Positions 13,380 through 27,390 of a stretch of 64,000 nucleotides of DNA are shown one piece after another. Made by a program: the position numbers and the translations under genes. The first letter of the stretch is position 1. The number at the start of each line of letters is the position of its first letter. The notes beneath the pieces were generated by a model. The model saw only the letters and a list, made by a program, of their open reading frames with translations. It was not told where the DNA came from and ran no database searches. The DNA comes from Ylistrum balloti (lineage: Eukaryota). Where the stretch lies: positions 992,001 through 1,056,000 of the forward strand of contig NW_026782401.1 of NCBI RefSeq assembly GCF_031769215.1, in the 5' to 3' direction.

Positions 13380-13560
13380 GAAATAATCAAGGAAAAAATT
13401 CTCTCAAATTACGGTAAAAAACCTCAAAATTTCTGTGTTCTGATAGGTGAAGAGGGGTACCGAGTGCACTTATTTAATTCCAGTGCAGGTTATTCTGTTA
13501 GAAGTGCAAGTATGTCAGCGGTGTGCTATTTATAACGAGATAAGAGAAGTCTTGGAAATA
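13380..13560. repeat. Diverged dispersed repeat, homologous to 27200-27390
   Basis: agataagagaagtcttgg (13538-13555) vs agataggagaagtcttgg (27360-27377). Also acggtaaaaaacctcaa vs cgcggtagaaacctcag, and aagtatgtcag vs aagtttgtcag, in the same order. Confidence 0.55.
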
Positions 13561-14114
13561 TATGTGAAACAGGTTGTTAAACCGATTTGTACGTACTATT
13601 AAGCGTATCTAAGTAAAGTCTTCAATTTTGTTAGCAATTTAATTTTTCAAAAATCCTCTGCTACACAGAAATGTGACATTTGTGTACCAGAATTTTCTTC
13701 CTAGCAACAAATGCGAAACATGTATGATCGCTTCGATATGATGTACGGGAAAAACTAAGTATTTAAAGTAATAAAGCCATCTGACACATATATGTATGTT
13801 TATAACACTTCAGGTTACATAACAAACCTATTATCTTACACTCTACATAGATTTAATTCTTTTGTATTGAAATGAAGTGGCTTTATATTTGATTTTAATG
13901 CATGCTAAAACAACACAAAAGTACTGACAACGCAAGTCATAATTCAAGACCAGATTTGACGAAATGAGGGCAATATATATTTAACGCTGAAAAGCTCGAT
14001 CGGATTAGCGTAAGACTAGAAAGCCAAGAGTTCCGAGTCCTAACGGATTCATTCAAAGTAATAGTAACTCCTGTTACATATGTGACGATGATGACCCCAG
14101 ATGTGAAGGAATGA

Positions 14115-14195
14115 TAAACGATTTCTGTTCCATCGACGATACGCTCCATATAAAGCTCGGTCAATCCAAGTAAATAATATATGTTCTCGAATGTG
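14115..14195 (-). mobile_element. Diverged copy of the PLE 3' trailer
   Basis: Shares the ttctg(t/c)t(t/c)cat(c/t)gac(g/a)a motif with 12145-12160 and 26146-26165. GGTCAATCCAAGTAA is identical at 14159-14173 and 26185-26199. Confidence 0.65.
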
Positions 14196-17100
14196 AACAC
14201 TAATAACAGTAATGGACGATTCTAGATTACTTCTAAGTTAAATCTTACGAAGAAATAGAACATTTCCGTATTCAGACCGAAGAAAAACCTCAGAAGGAAA
14301 AAAACAGACATGACCAATCGCCAAAGACAAATTAATAAATTGTTTTTTGGTTTTGTTTTGTTTTGTTTTAATTTTCTTATATTACTTATTGTGGATGTGC
14401 CATCGACGGTTTATTTATGTAAAGATAAACGGATCTAAAGAAAACGCAACGAAATATTTTCAACATTTATCCAATACATTAACTTCAAACCAAAAACCAA
14501 CAACATCAATTCCTGAAATAAAAATGGTTATAACAAATGACTTGGTTTTAAAATAAGCTTAGACAGGGTAAATTTCAATATCATCTATATACCCAAAATC
14601 ACAAAAAATCTAAATATTCGCAGAGTATAACTTAAAAGTATGTTATTGATTATTTGTGTGTTCGATTGAGAAAAACGGGGTGATATGATGATTTATGAAA
14701 CACTTTGAGGATATCGGTAATTCATAGTTATGCATGGAATTCTAAAAAAAAAAAAAAAAATGGTGCAATAAATCATGTTTGTCTTTTGTGATCAGTAAGT
14801 GTCACATTCGGTAGTCATTTCAATGTATATTCAAATGTCATTAGTTTTGAGTAACATAGAAAACTGCTGTTGCTGTCCAGTAGAAGGTCGGGTTCGACTG
14901 ATCAAAATCTTAACAATTCTAAGGTCATTATCTCTTTAGATAGTTATTCCCTAAATAAACAAGTCTGGACACGGTTCACTTGAAAGATGAGCAGCCTCTT
15001 TCCGTGGAATTTTCAATAGACAAATTACCGTGAACAGTTTTTAAGTTAGGGGGTTAAGTAAGGTTTCGAAATAGTTCAAGTTGGCTTCATTTGTATAGAT
15101 ATGTCATATAATTGTTCTCTGTTACAATCGAGGCAGGTGTTTCTAATTACACCATAGTCTATCCCATTCTAAATCGGTTGTATACAATTCTAGGCAATGA
15201 AAGAAACACATTCAGAACGAAAAATACACCACTGTTACAAACAAAGATAGTCAGCTATCAAACGAATATAAATATGTGACCTACCCTCGATGTGACAGTG
15301 AACATTTGTTACTTTCGTGCAGTTTCTCGCACGCGCATTCTGCACGTGTCCCGTACACGTTACTCTTTATTTCAGGAGATCTATCATCAACAACAGCTGT
15401 TATTTTTGCCTCACCTTCACTCCGAAACATCACATGACCGTGAGACAAATATCCTCATTCTTGGTGCCACTTGCATGAGGTCAAACTTTTGTTTTGCTGC
15501 AGTCACTATTTATCAAAAATGTGATATGTATCTACATGTATATATCAGTCAGAAGACAAAAACGATAGATAGTCACCATGTTCTTCAAAGGAAAAACTAC
15601 ATGAAACCCTGAACGAGGAAACTCGCGAAAAAAACACGCACAATATACCAGTATACTCTTAAACAAATTTGAGGGTTATAACAGTATGACTCTCTATACA
15701 GTTATCGACATGATTTATGCCAAAGGTAGATATAAAAGAACTCCATTCTTATCTGTTCTTTATCTATTTACGTTTATGAGCTGCCTTATGACATTGTGGA
15801 GTAGTTGCCGTCTTTATAGTGATATTACCCTGTGGTTTACTGTCGGAGACACCAGACAGAACACCTGGTGACATTATGCTGGCGATCTTTAAAGACTCTA
15901 GCATGTATTGGACAAGGGATAAAACACAAAGTGTTTCTCACAGGACAAATTTAAAGTTAAAAGTCAAAAGTGAGGCGGCGTCATAGAAAGCTCGAATTGT
16001 ACTCTTATCAATGTTGCGCTTGTAATCGTTGGCATAACAAGTCTTCATAACGCGTTAATTAGTCTGAATTTAGAGAATTTTTTGTTGTACATTTAATACT
16101 TCAACAACAGTTTTCCAGTTTAACTTAGACTATAAATGGACATTCTGAAAATCATTCAATGTCTAAAAAACTTGATGATTGTACAATACGGGTATGGCCG
16201 TGTGTCATTTAGAATCCAACGCATTACATGCAATACATACAATCTGATTCACATGTTCATTCGTCAGAAGTCTAGAACATGAATGTGGTCATAATTTCTT
16301 TTTCTACATGTTTGTTATGACAAAGTATGAATGGATACATACACGTGGTGATTCGTTTTGTACCCTAATGACACATATATCTATTCTTAAAAGTTATTTG
16401 AGTCGGTTTATGATATGAGGTTGTCCTGCCAACGTTAATATGACACAATGCTTGCAATTATCAACGGAATAATAGTTGTCACAAAAAGAGAACATATTTC
16501 ATTAGAAACACAACCAAAGTTCTACAAGTCTACGCTAAATTTTTCGACTTCGTGTAAACATGACTGATGGCCTTTAAATCGATTGTCCATTCATTCATTG
16601 TGATATCAAATATTCGGATTCCCTATTTGTACCAATATGACGGTCATTCATAGATGAAGAAGGAAAACAATGACCAAACGTAAGTCATGGAGGACTTATG
16701 TATGCCTTTTGATATTAGACTATCGTGCAGTAAGTATGAGTTAAAACAGAAGATCGACCATCACTTTCCAGAACGTTCATAAGACTTCGACATTTCGTAA
16801 CAACCAATGCAAATGCGGATCAGAACAATACAAAATATTCAAGTACTATTGCATTACCGCACGGGAAAAACATACTAAGTAAGAGGAAATTAAAACTTGT
16901 ATCGAAGTCTCATGATCAAGTATGTATTGAGTGAAATACGTTTAAAGCTGGACTCGTTACAAAGAACAAGTGTAATGGGGTTTTTATTCTTGCGAGTATA
17001 CAAAAAAGTTTTTAAAGCATTTTGGTCTCCTCGTACAAAAGTAAAGTGAGAATACAGAGGTAAAGAGGCCAAACCATATCTCTTTAGAAACATTATGTGC

Positions 17101-20100
17101 ATTGATTGAGGAGTTCAGGAAAGGAAATGGAAACTTGGAAAGTGTCAAAATATACTCAGTGTCACCATTACTGACTGTAATTCTTACAACAGAGCATTAC
17201 TTTTCCGATCAGAAATGGATTCCCCGATGTTATGGGGGATCGGATAGCCCAATATGGTCTAATGTATTCCATTCCAAGATCGAAGAATGCGACTAAAAGT
17301 GGGGCCCCTGCAGAATTCATATTTCCTACAAAGGGAACAGTAAATTAAGAAACCAATATAGACCTGCTCCCATCGAAACATTTAAGACTTTGAACTTCTC
17401 ATTTTCTCCTGTCTTCTATGGCTTTCCTTGCTTGGTTTTCCATACCTCGTTTCCATCTAGAAAATCCGCTCACATATCACCCTAACTGTTGGGAGACTGT
17501 TATATCCCCGAAAAAATAGACCCCCGTCGGATAATACTGTTAATTAATTCAAATAACGTAATTAATGATACATCTGAAACATAAATTTCTGTAAAGCGTT
17601 GGTTTTATTTCCAGAGTTGTCGCCCTTTTACGTTATTAATTTTGATAGGAAACATTCTAATGACAAGTCATTGCAGGTAGCGTGGTAAGTATTCGCAATA
17701 TAATATGGACAGTAAGAGATGTCTATGTTTTCTCTCGGACGTCTATCTACCTCTTTGCGATGTGCACTTGTCCGATATAGATCGTATACGTGTCCACCAC
17801 AAAATCGTTACATGTCGATCTATACTCCACCGACACGATTGTTAAGTCAGCTGTCCGAGTAATGTCATCGTACCTTGTTATGTTGCCCCGTCACCGTGAC
17901 AAAGCTTTATAGCAGTTCAGTATTATGACTCTTTGATGGACTTAGATAACGTCTGCTGTTGAAGAGTGTAAACTCCCATCCCCACAACTCACCCACGCCC
18001 CCTCCTCCACCAAGAAAAATGGATATATATAGGCCGCAGACACTTGAAAAAGTTCAACAAAAATGATTTTGGTTCATGATGGTAACCATTTATTGCATCT
18101 ACGACCACAACCGCCCCGTCATGTAAATACACATGTTAGTCATTTCAAACAGGCATTGTCGCTTTCTTAAATGAGAATATAAACAAAAGGGTTGGAATCT
18201 CGATATCCTAGATGTTCGTTTGATAATTGGTATTAAGTAGTTGTCCTATGTTACAACATTGTAACGTCATCACTTAAGGCAGCAATGCTTTATTCTATTT
18301 TACAGATGTTCCTGAACCAGAGTGCATGAAGTACAATCACGCCAGACACGAAATACATATAAGAATGTCCAATATATCATAAATATTCAATTACCAAGTC
18401 ATTAATATGATAGGAATGTCTCTCCCGACTTCCTTGACCTGGTTCTGTCAGAGTGGAAAACAGGCTTTATCGACTGGAAGTTATTAATTCATTATTGACA
18501 CCAGTGTATTTCTCACAGTACATCAATGATTTTGATAAATATTTTACTCTGATTGATAACGTTTATTGTAAAATATGTTAATTTCAATTTTTATTATAAA
18601 GTTATGTAAAATATCCTAACGATGTCAAAAATCTATTAAAAGTTATTCCACGAAGTGTTGTGAGAATTTATCTATATGGAACACGACACAATTCCACATT
18701 TGCTGTGGATATCATGTGTGCGACGGGTCTCCCGCATAATGTTTAGGCGGGTGGTCACCGGCTTATACAATGATTATTCGCTTCAATTATATATCTCTCT
18801 TAATTATATGTATCTGGTAGATAAGCCAAGGAAACTAACAAACACAATTTCTATTCGAGTATTATTAAAGAAGTCATCTTGTCGATTAATGAAATAGACA
18901 AAATACGTCATAGCGTTGAAGAAAAAACTCATTCAAAAGTCGATTGATTCCTCTCATCGCATAAGAAAAGTAAGTCATACATTTGTTCACACGAAAACAA
19001 TCTACAACATATTTTGTACAAATGCTCAACACAAATCATGTTCATGTATTGATGCACAATCGGATAAGATATACGACAGCTTAAAAACGTCTCCAAAATA
19101 CCTAAATCTCGACCAACAAGAATAAAAGTTCTGTCTTATCAAATAAAGACAAGGACCAAGTAAATAATTCTTCAACACATATGAAGTAGAAACGTCTGAT
19201 GTTGATATACATCAGAACAGAACAAAACACTGGAAAATAGCAGCATTACCATAGCGGCAACACACTAGAAATATTTTTGGATGGAATATCAATAAAGACG
19301 GCGTGCCTTTGGTGACCGTTATTGTTCCGCTGTTTCCCTTGTTCTAACTTTGTGCCTCGGCATACCTTGTATTTTTTCTTTTGTTCTTTTGTCGAAGCTT
19401 CATCGAAATTGTTTTAATCAAGATAATGTTTGACATGTCGGTATTATTCGGTTTATTTGGCTACTAAATTGACGTCATGATAATCTTACGGGAGTAATGG
19501 TATTCATAGTCAGACAACTATCACTTCTGCAAGGTAGTTTAATATCAAGAAATTGTCTGACAAATGTAAATGCGCCAATGCGGATAACTTTTTTGCCAAC
19601 TATATGTTCATACTGCTTCAACATGCGCATTCGAATAACGGAAACGTATTCAGCGGTGCTCTATTATTTTTTTTAATTACATTTTTGTGAGGAATTTGAC
19701 GTGTTGTATTGATCGGAAGAGAGTCATGTGTGACAATTCCTCAAAAACAGCCTAGCTTTGGAGGACACAGTGAATGACCATAGCACAAACACCACAGAAA
19801 AACAACGACATTGTTTTAAATTAACAAATGAATGACTTCTATGTGTTAGTGAAAGCCTAATCACCACAGCGTCCAGTATCCAGGATGATTTCCCTGGTCT
19901 ATAAAACTCAATAATCTTAAAAAAGAAAAAGTTAGCAAATCTGCAATTATCCTTCCTCCAGGGAGATTCTAAACAATTACAAAATTGACATGAAATATTG
20001 GATGTGTCAAGCCAATGGTTTCTTTTGAACGGTTTCACGTCAGAACTTAAACCAGGGCTGACCGTGGAACGAGCCTAGGGACTAGGAGAGTTTTGCTGGC

Positions 20101-21465
20101 GCCACAATCGCTCCTGTTTTATATAAAAAAGATAATTAGTCGATTTTCTTCATTAAGAGTTTTCATGGTATTTTTTTTCTAGACTGACGTGGTCATTCCG
20201 GATTGAATTCTTGAGTGATCATCGTTATATTCATTAGTTTACTCGTTAACCTTTGCAAATAATAATTCCAATATCATAACGTTATAACACGAGCAGTTTA
20301 TTCCGTATTGAGCAAAACCGAAGGTAAATACATTTATACTTACACTTTAATGTCTGTTAGTGTCCAAGCTTTTCCTGACGAAGACTATGGATCAATGGTT
20401 TTCTTATGTAAATGCTTCCATCTAAATTGTACTCTGCAAAGGAAGATGGATTGTCAAACCTAATATATTGCATTTCTATGGGTTTTTTACTGAATGTTGC
20501 TAATGCTAGATTTGATATGAAAAATGTGTATAATTGATTGGTAAATTGGTAAAATTATCCCTTATAGAGTAATATGTTGTTGATCCATAGATTTACTGTA
20601 TTTTGTAAGTATTGTTTTAGTTTTGTTTGTTGTATCACTTAAATAACATAATTATGATGCTTTATTACATTATGCTGTATATTTCGGAATGATAGTGATA
20701 TAAATAGTTTTCCTAATTATGTCGTCACATAATCGATCAATGTACCAAGAAATTTAGCAATGATACCAGACACGTCCGATGATATTGTCTTTCATTATAA
20801 CTGCTTTCTTGTTTTGTTCAAGTCTTTCTTTTTTATTTGTACGCAAAGGTCTCATACCAGTCTTCCTGCCTACGTCCGTAACCAAAGCAGAGGTAGCGAT
20901 AACTTATTTGGAAAAGTGCAAGCCTTCGCAAGTGAAAACCTTGGTTCTGTGGTTCGAGCTCCCTCCCAGTTGCAGTTTATGTTTCTCAGCAAGCTGAAAA
21001 ACGGACCGTCATTCCTGTTTGGCGGTTTGTTTGGGCAAGGCACTTTATCCCCATTGGTCTGGATGGCATGCAACGAGCCTCCATTGTGTTGTTCAGTGGA
21101 TGAGGTAGACAACAGCTGATGCAAGTAAATCCAGTCTCAAAATGACCCTTGATGTTCATGGAATGATAGTCCAATCAAACAAATATACAAACTGATTTTA
21201 GGCAGGGACATTGGAAGGTACCAATATCGTTATCGTATGCTACAAAATCAAAATATTCCAGTCAACGGTAACTCTGGTAAAACATAATAGAGTAAACCAA
21301 TACATGTACAAGAAAGCACGAGACAAATCAATCCCCCTTAAAATGTTCTGTATCCGTTGTCATAGAAACCATGTTCCGTCACAAGTAGGAGTGCTGATTG
21401 TGAGCCTTGTAATGAAGGAGTTAAGCAGGGATATCCTTTTTTAGATCTACTATTCCATAACTATT

Positions 21466-22090
21466 TAAGGCTGTGTACTAGAAAACTAGTTTCATTTGGT
21501 CAGTTTATGTAGAAGACGTGGCACTCTAAAGTAAACAAGGCAAGTAGCTTTTGCAAAAATGGACAAAGTCGCTGAAAGAGCAGTGATTTAATATTTGCAT
21601 AAGAAAAGTCTAGCACCTAAGGGTATCCATACTGATATGGTAGCAACACTAGGGAATGATACCTCTTCATATACATATACAGTGAAAGTGTAGATGGCGG
21701 AATTGAAGCGTGGCAATCATGTGGATGACGTTTGTCCTGGAAAGATTGTCACTGTTGCATCCATAGAAATGGCAAATAATTTCATGATATTGTCATGGCT
21801 GACAGGCGAGTTACAAAGAGAAATATAGCCAGCAGATTTGGGATTTCCCAGTAAAGAGTACATTCCTTTCTTAAGGAAGATTTTGCAATAAGCAAGCTCT
21901 CAGTCAGTTGAGTATTAAGACCTCAGGCAATCGATCAGAAGCACACCGGGTGCACTTTGTCGCGTACTAATCTGAACCGTTTAGAGGCAGATCCTGCTAA
22001 CTTTCTGCAGAGGTTTGGGACTATTGATGAAACATGGGTCCATTATTTCACCCAAGAGGTCAAACAACAGTCTAAGCAATGGAAGCTGTA
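21466..22090 (+). mobile_element. Mariner (Tc1/mariner) DNA transposon relic, 5' part of transposase pseudogene
   Basis: Manual translation from ATG 21559 gives MDKVAERAVI*YLHKKSLAPKGIHTDMVATLGNDTSSYTYTVKV*MAELKRG, then after a frameshift HDIVMADRRVTKRNIASRFGISQ*RVHSFLKEDFAISKLSVS*VLR...EADPANFLQRFGTIDETWVHYFTQEVKQQSKQWK. This shows the mariner HTH domains, a decayed WVPR linker and the first catalytic D (IDETW). It carries several stops and is truncated before the remaining catalytic residues. A possible left TIR remnant lies near 21466-21490. Confidence 0.92.
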
Positions 22091-25000
22091 ACGTTGAACG
22101 ATCAGTCGACAGCTCAGAGATCAAAGGACGATATGTTATACAATATTTACAAGTTTATTTACCAATGTTATATACATTTATATGCATATGAAAGAAATTC
22201 AAAATTATGTACACACTCTCACAATCACACTCTCATGCATTCAAAGCTAAATGTCATTTTCCACGTAGGCTGGTATCACAGCTGTCATGTGGTGCACAAC
22301 ACATCTACTTGATTGCACTTAAGGCCTTTACCAAGTCATATCTATACATTTCACGTCCGATGATCATGGAGCAATACAAAAGTAGCAAACATATCCTTCG
22401 CAGAAAGGGACAGCACTGATGTGCTGGAATGCGACCTCTGGTTCAGTAGATGACCTGAGGACCGCCACCTCACTGGCGATTGTCAGTATTATACTGAGCT
22501 ATCGTCTGTACATCTTGTGGACTGATCCAATGTATCATTGTCTCTTCCACTTCTCTCACCAACCCGTTCATGGAAATTGCATCTCAGGTATGTATGCGCC
22601 TGCTTCCGGAAGGATTCTAACCGTGAGTGACATACTCGACCATTTTGATTTGCCTCTTTTTCGTGTAGTCTCGTTTCTACTCACGCACGCTCTCGAACAC
22701 GAACATTTACCTTTATTAACGCGGGAACATTTAAAACCGATTTGCCCATAGGTGATTGTTAGAACAATGTACACTTCATAGTTATTACATATATAACAAA
22801 CTAACATATACAATAGTCCTGAATTCATATGCGATTGTGACAGAAGCACCCTGGTCCGTCTCCGCGAAAGAAGGCAAAGACTGTTCCATCAGCAGGAAAG
22901 GTTATATGTAATAAATTAATCACCGAAAAAAAGCTTTCTGCAGACGACTTTTCTAGTGTTCGTTATAGATCGACGAGGACGGATGTATTATATTTTAAGG
23001 TTTGGGTTTTTATCAAAGTTATGAAATTTTAAAATTTGAAACTCAAGTTGGTCAAAAAGCAAATTCTATTGAACGATGACTATTAGTTTGCCATATAATA
23101 AACGCTTTATATTTATCAGTTTCACAAACATGACATTTATGTCTCTTTCATGGGATAAAACATGTATCTATGTAATGAATACACCATTTTAGCACAGTGG
23201 ACAAGTTGAAAAATTATCGTTGTACTCGAAGAAATTAAAAGACAAAGTACATGCAACTTACCAAGAAAACGGTACAACGGTAAGGTTATCTGTTTACTAG
23301 TTCATCATTCTGGCAGAATCTTACGCCTTAGGTGCGAGTCAGTCGGTTATGGGCAATGCAGGCATTAGTCTTACAATCACACAAGATAATTCAGCATCAA
23401 AACTATGTGGCCAAGAGGAGTTTGTTAGGCAATTAGTTCTGTAATTGGAGTCAAGATCACTGGGTTTATCTGCTGTGGTGAAAACATTGCCCCTTACAGT
23501 TTTCGTGGATGTTTTATGAGAGAGATAAGGAGGCATTACTGATGTCATTTTACTAGTTAGCTACATCTGACATATCACATCCTCGTAAACTGACACATTC
23601 GCATTCCAGTATAAAGTTTAACGATATTGACCAGTAAATGTTTATAGTTATTAACATCGTCTTATGAATATAATAATTATAAGGTACTTCTTTTATGAAG
23701 CATTCAGTAATTGACCCCGTAAATGTACTTTGTATTCTGTCATGAAAACTTCACATCCTATTTGTATGTTCGGTATTTCAAGAATAGTTATTATTCGGTA
23801 GTAACCGGTAGAAGTGATTGATTTTAATAAGCATATAACGAAGTCACGTGTCTCTTAATCGAGTTTGTCAACTTCGCAAAGTTGCAAAGATTTATTGCCT
23901 AATAATGAAGATGTATGGTAGCATTCACGCGGGTTTACTGCGTGTGTAGGAATATAAAAGGACTTGGGAAAGAATTGGTTCAGATAATACCAATGACATT
24001 CGTTTCTAACAAGAACATTTGCTGTTGTTTGTTTTTGTTTTTTGTAATTATTTAAGAATATGAAGTGCTTTTTAGGAGAAAATCATTCAGTATTTTACCT
24101 ACATTCAAAGCTTCATGCAGGTCTTGATTCATCGGATAAATATAGGTTTCTTGTCAGAATGATGGGTGTCTCATCGTCGTGCTTGCATGCCACTAAATGT
24201 CAAGTGAGATGATTAAATGTAAACCGAAAAGGTGGAAAATTGACATTGTATGATTATTATATACATAGATACATATGCATCGATATTCAGGAAATTTATT
24301 CCTCCTGAACTAGCTTAATCTGGAATAAACGCGAGACATTAGCCAAGTGAAATTAAAAAAATAAACAATGTAAGGCTCGCAGACCTTTTGCGCCTTTTGA
24401 TCCAATTCATTCTAGTAACATTGGGTAATATAATTAAACATATAAAAGGAAACTTCCTTTTAAATTCCTCAAAATTATTATTGTTTTTAAGTAGATATAC
24501 TTTATGACGTAAAATCTTATATATTTTAAAAACTATTTCAGAATAAAAGAATGTTTGGCTCATTTGTGTGAACAGATTTGTTCTAAGAAAAGTGATTATT
24601 CATTATATGAAAAGAAACTACTTCTATAAAAACAATCATAATCAGTGCGCCATTTCACCAAAATGCGATCAATAATTTTGAGAGTTCAATCGCAAATGCC
24701 TCTCCGTCATTGAATGTTGCTTGGTCTCCTCTTTTTCGTCAGCATTTCTACATCCTTCATTGATCCTTCCTCGGTTTAATCAGAATCAGCCTACCAGCAT
24801 ATTTTCAAACCCCATATGAACAGTGTTTATTTAATGACTTTGATAGTCGAAACAATAAAATACCACTTCTTTGGTAGTTTGATATCAAACATGAAGAAGT
24901 TGATATTGGGGAGCAATTCAAAACATATCAAAATAGTACTCATTGACACTGCAAATAGAATAAAAGCAATTACTGTACTATTATTTACGTGAAGAGGCGG

Positions 25001-26104
25001 TTATTGGAACAGCGTGTACGCAACGCGCAAATAACTATCATACGCGGCAATCGAACATTGGAAATGGTTTTTCACAACACAGACATATAAAAATGACGAC
25101 TGACACATTTTTGTACGTCAGCACTTTTAAAATGTTAACGGTGACAGAAGTACGTCGTATGAAACCCAAATAAGTTTTTACATGTGGTCTCAGGTGATTT
25201 AGTTTCGTATTCATAGCACAGAGTTAATGCTCCAACTTGAGTTATTCCTTCAAAAATCTCACCTAAGTACCCAACGGCAATTTTCAACGGGAAAACAAAA
25301 GATAGCAAAAACACAAGATATACTATACTTTCGCTTTTGTTGCCTATACTAAGGGTATTGTAATTACTTCGATGTGGTGGTCTTTAAAAGTCATTTTAGT
25401 ATTTTATCCACATCTTGTGCAAGCAATGAAATTCAAATAATGGTTTAATTGTTTAATACGTCTATAAATTGATCTGGTTTCACACTGATAATTCGTGAGG
25501 AGAGAGTACAATGGACCTGGAATATCAAATTAAGGAATTACTTATACAGATGTTATTTATTTTATCATTTATATAGTTTTATAAAGTGTTTAATTGTCTT
25601 CACAACGACACACAAATTTGAACATTTACCGTGTTGCACTAAAGATCAGAACACCTATTTTTCATTCATCCTTCATGCTAGAGACTTACAGAATGCAATG
25701 ACTATCTAATGTGTTTTCAACCTTGATTAAATTATTACCAGTTAAGATAAAGATTACAAATACGTTACTATTTACAATAGTGAAATGTTTCCAAAGTAGT
25801 TCGTTTTTTCTAGGTTAATGTATAATAGAGTATAAAATGCAGTAGCTCAAAGACAACGCCGGCACAAAATTCGAGATTATTGAAAGAATTAAAAGAGAAA
25901 TCGTACAATGATTTATCATTATACATAATCTGAAACTATTCAATCATACCAGACATATCCTTATTTTTCTGTAAATCCATGTTAAGGCCCGTTATCATAT
26001 AAAATTTTCACAATAAATTTATAAACACATTTCATTTGGCCAATTTTGACTCACAAACAAAAAGTAAATAACCATATGTAAACATCACTAAACAATTTAG
26101 AAAA

Positions 26105-26260
26105 AGTACAAAGAGAATAAGACCAGGTGTTCCGAAATAGTACACGTCTTCTGCTTCATTGACGACACCAGCTATGTAAATCATGGTCAATCCAAGTAAG
26201 TAATGTCACATTTCGCAAATGAGAACTATGTATATTGAAACTAAAGGCAAACTTACGAGC
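26105..26260 (-). mobile_element. Diverged copy of the PLE 3' trailer
   Basis: gaataagaccaggtgttccgaaa...ttctgcttcattgacgacac...aatgtcac aligns with gaataagacaaggtgtcccggaa...ttctgcttcatcgacaacat...aatgtcac at about 12110-12205. Confidence 0.75.
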
Positions 26261-27199
26261 ATAAAACACACATTATATGCCCAGCTTCATATCATTCTAA
26301 GACATGAACTGTTTCTCAATGACATCTCAAAAATAGTATATATAAATATGTATTTTCATATATGAAATGAGTATTTTTTCAGTATAGTTATCAGGAATGA
26401 AATTCGTTTAGGTACTCATACTTCGAAATGATATACAAATATATTATTTGACACATTTATGTTGTAAATATTGTTTCTGCCGTATTGCTATGTCACATTC
26501 TTGCATGTTATATATGTAGCATAAAAAGACTGGAGCACACAGCAATGGCTGAAACTGACAAGTGAAAGTTTCGAGTTGAGTTTTGAACAATCTGTGAATG
26601 AAAGACGTGTTTGGTTATGATTTACTTGTACACAACAGCCTATAAAGAAGACAAGAATGTACTGTTGCCTAAACCTATTCAATAAATAAAACATACATGA
26701 CTCCGAGAACAAAACATCTGATCGTCTGTTAAGAGAATGAACTTAAATCATAGTGTAAGGGAAGCCGACTTTATCAGAGAGAGTTTGAAGCAGTGGGCAG
26801 CCAAGTCACATGGACACGATTAGTTAGCTTTGCACTGTAATAAACTATTGTTATTTGAGAATTTTCATGTGTGTCTAAACATGTTATACCATCTGTGATA
26901 TTTAGATCGAGAATACCAGTAATATGTCTGTCATCTTTAATGAGAACTCAAAGTACAAATCGAATATTGCATTTCGTCAAACACCTTCGATGTTGACTAA
27001 ACATTCCGTATCAGTGGATGCCTACAAGCACAATACTGTCGTTGCCAGCACCAGAAACAATGGATGGCCATGAAAGATATCCTATTCGAGCGGACATCTT
27101 TCAAAACAGCTCTCTGGAGAATAGGACAAACGGATGAGAAGTAGAATTGTAGTTGAAGCACTAACCTTCGCGAGGTAATTCAAGATACCAATAAATAAC

Positions 27200-27390
27200 A
27201 AGTTGGCGGGAGAATTTTTTCTCCAGATACGTAAGATATAGGCTATGCATGGAGACAATACGCGGTAGAAACCTCAGGATGTAATGCGGATATGTCGTGA
27301 AGGTATTTCAAACGACATGTTTACGGCTGTTAAGTTTGTCAGACTGTTGTACGCTGGTAGATAGGAGAAGTCTTGGGTTCCAAGATATCA
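27200..27390. repeat. Diverged dispersed repeat, homologous to 13380-13560
   Basis: Same collinear motif matches as its partner copy. Confidence 0.55.

Noticed and set aside
11636-20400. Hammerhead-ribozyme-like starts (CTGAGGA at about 11638, CTGACGA at about 20375)
   Set aside because: The GAAA core after stem II is missing. I found no intact hammerhead on either strand.
20760-21174. Overlapping 60-119 aa ORFs in a GC-richer patch, and similar patches at 22419-22849, 43065-43361, 45430-45830 and 47370-47823
   Set aside because: No recognisable domain or consistent splice structure. They are probably old repeat relics or regulatory DNA, and I cannot assign them.
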